A DNA stretch of 64,000 nt from positions 10,524,709-10,588,708 of the forward strand of contig CAJINV010000002.1 in assembly GCA_905178155.1 (NCBI GenBank), in the 5' to 3' direction. Both the position numbers and the translations under genes were made by a program. Position 1 is the stretch's first letter, and each line of letters opens with the position of its first letter. Positions 58,175 through 64,000 of the stretch are shown here, piece by piece. The stretch is from Amoebophrya sp. A120 (lineage: Eukaryota > Protista > Dinoflagellata). The notes beneath the pieces are model-generated. The model had not been told where the DNA came from. It was given only the letters and a program-made list of their open reading frames with translations, and did not search any database.

Positions 58175-59567
58175 CCTTTATTTTCTGTGCGAAAAATATC
58201 AATATGCGGGTGGGATTATTGGTTCGCCTTTTCGGATGCAATCTTGAGGTGCGTGTCTTTGCGTTTGGTTTTTAGAGTCTTGCGCTATGCAGAAAGGATA
58301 AAGAATACTCACCGCCATAAGACATGATATGACTCATAGAATCATGTATGCATCCCAATTCGACTTTGCAAAATGAAGCAAATTCTTACTAACTCTCGCT
58401 ACACCATACGCCTGGTTTGTATGAAATTCACAGCTGAAATGTTGGCACAAATTCTAGTATTCTTCCGAGCTTGAACAACGATGAAAGATCGCACAGTTGG
58501 CAACAGATCAAGTAGCATTCGATCGCAAGTGTCTGTTTCGCCTTCAGTTCTTCAGCCTGCCTCGGGATCGTTATTTGTGGATCTTAGGCGTTGCAATTGA
58601 GGAGCTCGTCTAGGTCTCTTGCGCTCGCTTCTCTCGTCTCAGCCTTTGCATTCGGATCAGTTCTGGATCAGATCTGGTCAACGCGCGATGATCTACTTCG
58701 TGTTTACGATTACGACAATTTTCTGAAGATCTTGCTCTATTTCAAGAGACACCGGCAGTGTACGGATATGAAGCGATAAATCGTCACTTTCGGTTTCTAG
58801 AGGACACAAACTCAGCATATCTTGTCTTCAAACAAAAGCAAATCAGCTGTCGTGTCAAATCCTTTATTGTCAAAGTCAATCAATCTGTATGTTCGTCCTC
58901 GTGGTCGTGCTCAACATGGAAGAAAACTGTAATAAAACACCGGCGCTAATCAAAAGCGCAATGTTTACATACTCGGAAAATGTTTCTCTTCAAAAAAAAA
59001 ATGACAACGGGTAGGGCACCGCCACCGTCCGAAGAGTGAGAGCTATCGAAAATTGTATAGTGTTCTTTATTCTTCTAAAAAACGTACGAGACTCTCGAGT
59101 GTGATGTGTACAACATGTCAAAGAGGACGACCCTACTGTAAGTTGCGTTCCAATACTCTCTACAGTGTCAGAAGAAGAAGTAGTGAAGACTGCAGAAGTG
59201 TGCAGTTGCACATATATTTTGTGCGGAAAATATTTGAAATTCTTGACAAGAAGTAAAACGCCACTTCATCTATGTGTTGATGCTGTGCCAATCTGATTGA
59301 TTCGTTGGAGTCCGAACGAATCAATGAATGTTGCTTGTTCAAAATCAAATGCACATCCACATGCGCAAGCACACGAAAAAAAAAAAAACAGATGATGTTG
59401 TTGACCGGGGTTTCTCCTAGAAAGATACTGTAGACGCCAAGTAAAAGCTTGGCGCTGAAAAACAAAATTGGTGCAAGTTGACCTATAGAAGTGAACACAG
59501 ACAAATCACAACGTCGACAGAGTGCAAAAGTACCAACCACTTCCGTAAGTAATCGCGCAGTGGCAGA

Positions 59568-61408
59568 TCAGCGCACCTTGGTTCGATTCAGGTAGAACCG
59601 TTCCGCCGTCTCGACCAGCATGTAGAGCTGTCGCTGCAAGTGAAGCAGGTGGCTGCCGATGGCTTCTTCGAGCGTTTTTTTCCCCGCCTTCGCTGCCTGC
59701 ACCTCTTCGAAGTCGATGGTTTCGTCGATGGACACACTCTGGTCGTCGATTTCGTGCTCGGCGAAGGAAGTGGGATTTTCTGCAAACACCTCTTCCTTTG
59801 CCTGCTGCTGTTTGCGCAAAATTTCCGCCAGTTTTTCGGGCCCGCCGAGCCACGTGTGCTCCATCTTCTTCAGTTTTTTCGCGTCCAAGGTCTGGAACGC
59901 CTGCTTGCGGGACGAATCCCCGGCGGCCGCCCGGACGGTTTGGTTGAAGCAGAGAAAGGCGCGGTTGAACTGCTCCCAGTCGTTCACCACGAAGCCCCAC
60001 CAGCCCGCGTAGCACCACATCTTCTCCCCGATGGCGTTCGCCTGGTCGTCAATCTTCTTTGTGGTCGCTTCGAGGAGCTGCAGTTCCTTCTCGTGCACTT
60101 TCAGCAGCTCTTCCGCCTTTTCCACACGCTCGTACTCCTTTCGCCGGGTGGAATACTTCCCGTACACGTCGGAAGCAATCTGTTTGATGCGTTTACATTT
60201 CCTCGTGAAATATTAGTTGAATGATGCAAAACAATTCAGTGCAAGCGCGCGAGCGCGACAAGAAATAGTTAGGAGCAAAACGACGGTGCTTATTCGTATC
60301 CCCCGGAAATCTTATCGCAGAGCCGATGAGAATTCTGGGCTTTTGCATGATGACAAGAATGTACCTTCGCTGCTCCGAACACACCTAACATGAGCCACGG
60401 GGCCGATTTCAACGCGGATTTTCCAATCTCCTCGTCGTTCAATTCGGACTCCTTCAAAAATTTGTCGTACTCGTGCTTTTCCCTGGCCAACGTGTCTTCC
60501 GAGCTGTCGCGCTGTTTCATCAGAGCCCGCCACCTGGTGTGGTGGAACTTCGCCAGCGTAGAACGAAGTTGCCGGACGAGCGCAACGGAATGGTTCATCA
60601 TGGTAACGGGTGGGTAGTGGTTCTCGTGCAGGGCCGTGACCTGCTTGGAAACCTGCTCCAATCCGGCCACGATCGATGGCTGCGAAGAAGAGGTGGAGGA
60701 AGTAGACTTGCTAGAGCTGGACCCGCCGGTCTCCCCGTGCTGCGCAGGGTCGCTGCAGCTCCCAGCGTCCGAGCCCGTGGGGGACGTTGCGGCGCTGGAA
60801 GCCTCCCCCGTCGAGGAGGCGACGTTGCTAAAACTCCGGCTCCGGTCGGGATTGCTTCCCTTGGAAGAACTGCTGCTACTGAGGCTGCTGGTTCCGGTCA
60901 TAGTCGACGCAGTCGAGGTGGTGCTCGAGAGTGGGTCGTGGTCACACGACGACGCCCCTGGCTCTGCTGCGCACGACGAGTTCTGCTTCTTCAAATCGAC
61001 AATCTGGATCGGTCCACCCGCGTAGAGATTGAAGGTGATGTGCGCCGCGGTGAGATTGGAAATGTTCCACTTTTTCTGCGCCTGCAGGATCTCCTCGGAC
61101 ACATTGATCATCGTCGACCACGTCTCGTCCCAAGATTGCAGTTGCATCACCTTTGTGTGCGAGTGCGGATCGATGGATAGCACTAAAATGTCTTCTGTCC
61201 TCTCGAAACAAATCATGGCCACATCAACAATGCCACCCGCTGGGGGTTGCACTTCGCGGCTGAAGATGTGGTTCTCTTTGTGTCGGAAATCGAAATTCAA
61301 TGCAAGAACGAGGAGAACAAGAACAAAAATCGCTGTGTTATACCAAATTGTGCAAGTTTTGATGCAGTCCCAGCCGCTGCACCTCGTCGTAGCCTGCCCA
61401 GAGATCAT
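59568..61408 (-). CDS. Hypothetical membrane-anchored coiled-coil protein; exons 61408-60365 and 60179-59568 (further exons possible)
   Basis: N-terminal TM AIFVLVLLVLALNF. GT-AG intron 60364-60180 gives GAAK/IASDV in frame. Confidence 0.6.
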
Positions 61409-62670
61409 CCTTTCCTAGATTGTACATGCTCAAAAGTTGCTGGATATCTGCACACAGCGCATTTTGCAGTTCCAATGTGTGCTCCCGCCATGGATCCGAC
61501 GCCGATTGCGGTCGCTGAGGCGGGCGACCAGCGCGTGGCTGGACGGCAAGCTGCATTACTTTACTTTTGGTTTTGCGTTTGCCTGGTGACGGAAATTGAA
61601 AAAAAAAGAAGAATCACTTAGGCTTTTTTTGACGAATATTGTCTAACACTAGCTGACGCAATCTGTATCTGTCACAGTCACACGCTCATAGTCTATAAAA
61701 AGTTGCACAACAAGCAAGTCTTCATTTTTTTTAAGTACAGATAGATGCAAAATTGGAAAGCAATGTGTGATGGATTGACGCGGTTTGAAACAATATTGCT
61801 GAAAACAAAGACCGAGACACCATGGCTACGAAATCTGCAGGGGACTACTAGCATATTCATACTATTGGCTGATTAGCAGCACAACGATCACGCGACTTAC
61901 TTAATAGAATGTAGTTGTCACCGAATCCAGTTACTACACAGAACGAGCAGACACATCCCCAGAAGCTGCTGCAACTCTGACACAGATGATTTTCACAAAT
62001 TGATGAACAAATCTTGGACGGCCTTCTCGGAGTTGGCACCTCGAAACAGAAACACAGACAGATTAAGCCCCAGAAAGGAACAGCGCAACCGTTCCACTTG
62101 AACATATGGAAAAATCAACAGCCTGTAATGACGTAAGAAAAAGTAGTGACGACCGAAGGAGTGCGCCCGCGCACTACAAAAATTGAAAGGCAACATGGAG
62201 GAGCTACTTACGTACCCCCACGGGGGTGACCAATGGCACGATACTGCTCAGCTTTGCCGCAGCCAGCCGAACCACATGCAATAAATAACGCCTGGAGGCA
62301 GAACAGGAGGGCATCCCAAGAGCGCAAAGCCACCCGCACGTATTACATCCGACCGGCGGAACACGTAGCGCGGGGGCGTGGATTTTTTTCGCTGCCATCT
62401 ATCATTGTGAGCAATGAATAGGCCCGAGACCCCCGGGGCCGTGGAGCTGTAGAAGTAATTCTTGCTATCATGTCGCTTGTTGTCGCTAATATTGTTGAGT
62501 TGAGACGTGAAACAAATCTAGCAAATCTAACGCGCCGCCCTCGTCCGTTTGTCGTGAATCTGCGGGAGCTCGCTGCTGCGCGCAGGCGTGACCGGTGTGG
62601 CGAAATTTGCCGAACGGCGGGGCTGGAAATAATCGCGGTGGGCAGGCAGCTGGAGAAACATGCCCGGGAA

Positions 62671-63999
62671 CTAGGGGCCCGCAGTGGAGGTGGCTCGCGG
62701 AGTTTGTGCGGGCTGGCTTTTGCTATTGCCGCTGCGACTGCTACCAATGTTCCCGGAAAGTTCAAAAAAATGGCTCTCTTGCAGCACAGCTAGCGCAGTG
62801 GGCCTCTGGCCTGGAATGAGCTCCAGGCAGCTTCTCACTAGCGTCTCTGCCGCGTCTGCACGCCGTGCGACTTCTTCTGACCATGCATGCTGCAGGAAGT
62901 CACTGCCTACGGAAACATCGAAGCCGGGTGACCTCGTTGCACTGTCCCAGCCGTCGCTGAGGGTGCACGCGGTTGCTGCGCTGGCCCCGGAAAACGAGAG
63001 CGCCCCGGGCGTTTTCGACACAGCCGCGAGCGTCCCTGGCCTCGCCGCCGGGATGACAAGGTTGGAGAACATCCGAAAGGCCTGACGCACTCCTGCAATC
63101 TGCTGGAGCTTGCTAAAGGGAAACGCCGCGCCCGAACCATAGAGCCGACCACCAACAGGGCCCCGCTCTCCGCCTGGGACGCGGAACACCGCAGGGCCGC
63201 CAGCGCCGTAGTACGTGCCTGCGTGCTTGGGGAAGTCTCGGCGGGCGTCGCGCACCATTTCCACCGGGAGGGGCCCCAGCTCTGCTTGCATTCGCGCCAG
63301 GTGCATGGCGGCAACAGGCGGCGATGGATCCACACAGCAATCGATTTCCCGTAGTGCCTGCCCCAAAGGCGCCGGCGCGGGTCGCATCCCCTCAAAAACA
63401 AAGTCGTCGCGAAACATCTCCACGCCGGCGATAAGCTCGTAGACCAGCTGCCCTGCGGACCAGATGTCCGCGCTCTCTGAAGGCTCCGGGCAGCCCAAAA
63501 AGAATTCCGGAGCGCGGTGAGTCCAGGTCATGCGCTGCGTCCGGCGGGCGGGCGGATCGGCGGCGCCTTTTTGCGGGTGCACTTCCGAGGTGGGCGACAT
63601 TTCCCCAAGGTCGGAAAGCTTGAGGGAGAGGCCCTGCGCGGGGCTCGACAGTAGCGACCGGGCGGAATCCGGCGTGGGCCGGGTTTCATCGGTGTAGAGC
63701 AACATGTTCTCGGGCTTTAGGTCCATGTGCGCAAACCCATGCGAATGGACCCAGGCCAATCCCCTAAAAATATGCCTCGCAAGCACTTGCGCGACATCCC
63801 AACTCAGGCCGTGCGACTGCCAATGCGCAGTATGCGGGTTCGAGGGTCGCCGCGAAGCAAAGAGGCTGCCACCCCACTTTTTCGCAACCCCAATTCGTTC
63901 ATCTAGGGACCGCGGGGCGGGCACCTTCCCGCAGACCTCGCGGCGGTAGCAATCAAGTGCCTGGCGCAGGTCGAGGACCCCGATCTCGTACGGCGTGCA
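62671..63999 (-). CDS. Ser/Thr protein kinase, CMGC/SRPK-like, 5' end beyond window
   Basis: HMDLKPENML, KLSDLG, TWTHRAPE, ADIWSAG, HLARMQAELGPLP, CLELIPGQRPTA. The frame stays open to the window edge. Confidence 0.92.
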   Translation of the reverse strand, partial: CTPYEIGVLDLRQALDCYRREVCGKVPAPRSLDERIGVAKKWGGSLFASRRPSNPHTAHWQSHGLSWDVAQVLARHIFRGLAWVHSHGFAHMDLKPENMLLYTDETRPTPDSARSLLSSPAQGLSLKLSDLGEMSPTSEVHPQKGAADPPARRTQRMTWTHRAPEFFLGCPEPSESADIWSAGQLVYELIAGVEMFRDDFVFEGMRPAPAPLGQALREIDCCVDPSPPVAAMHLARMQAELGPLPVEMVRDARRDFPKHAGTYYGAGGPAVFRVPGGERGPVGGRLYGSGAAFPFSKLQQIAGVRQAFRMFSNLVIPAARPGTLAAVSKTPGALSFSGASAATACTLSDGWDSATRSPGFDVSVGSDFLQHAWSEEVARRADAAETLVRSCLELIPGQRPTALAVLQESHFFELSGNIGSSRSGNSKSQPAQTPRATSTAGP

Positions 64000-64000
64000 G

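Noticed and set aside
58500-59560. Possible extra 3' exons of the 59568-61408 gene
   Set aside because: Several alternative splice paths exist and none can be chosen without RNA data.
61822-61830. CGTAGCCAT on the minus strand resembling the dinoflagellate spliced leader
   Set aside because: Only 9 nt match and the rest (TTTGGCTCAAG) is absent; compatible with chance.

Overview
Eukaryotic, gene-dense protist DNA. About 18 protein-coding genes can be modelled, all on the minus strand, with short (about 130-340 nt) introns. They include a kinesin, a class-3 lipase, a helical-repeat protein, an MFS sugar transporter, an Ig-TM-J-domain protein, a secreted macrodomain protein, CDC50/LEM3, a UBA-UAS-UBX protein, a thioesterase, a PPPDE peptidase, a GAF protein, an RPA43-like subunit and a CMGC/SRPK-like kinase. 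The architecture suggests an early-branching dinoflagellate such as Amoebophrya (inference only). The main signal is seven 149-321 bp non-coding elements, all inserted in coding exons. All begin TAT and end ATA and have terminal inverted repeats (TIRs). Six have a perfect 5-bp flanking direct repeat; in the seventh it has decayed. In every case removing the element plus 5 nt restores the reading frame, and five of the seven have no GT-AG solution. They therefore look like transposon-derived, mostly non-canonical introns (introners). The different TIR families share an internal TGTNATGC motif, and the decayed copy fixes the excision register. All exon models were made by eye and need RNA confirmation. 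No RNA genes, CRISPR arrays or transposase were seen.
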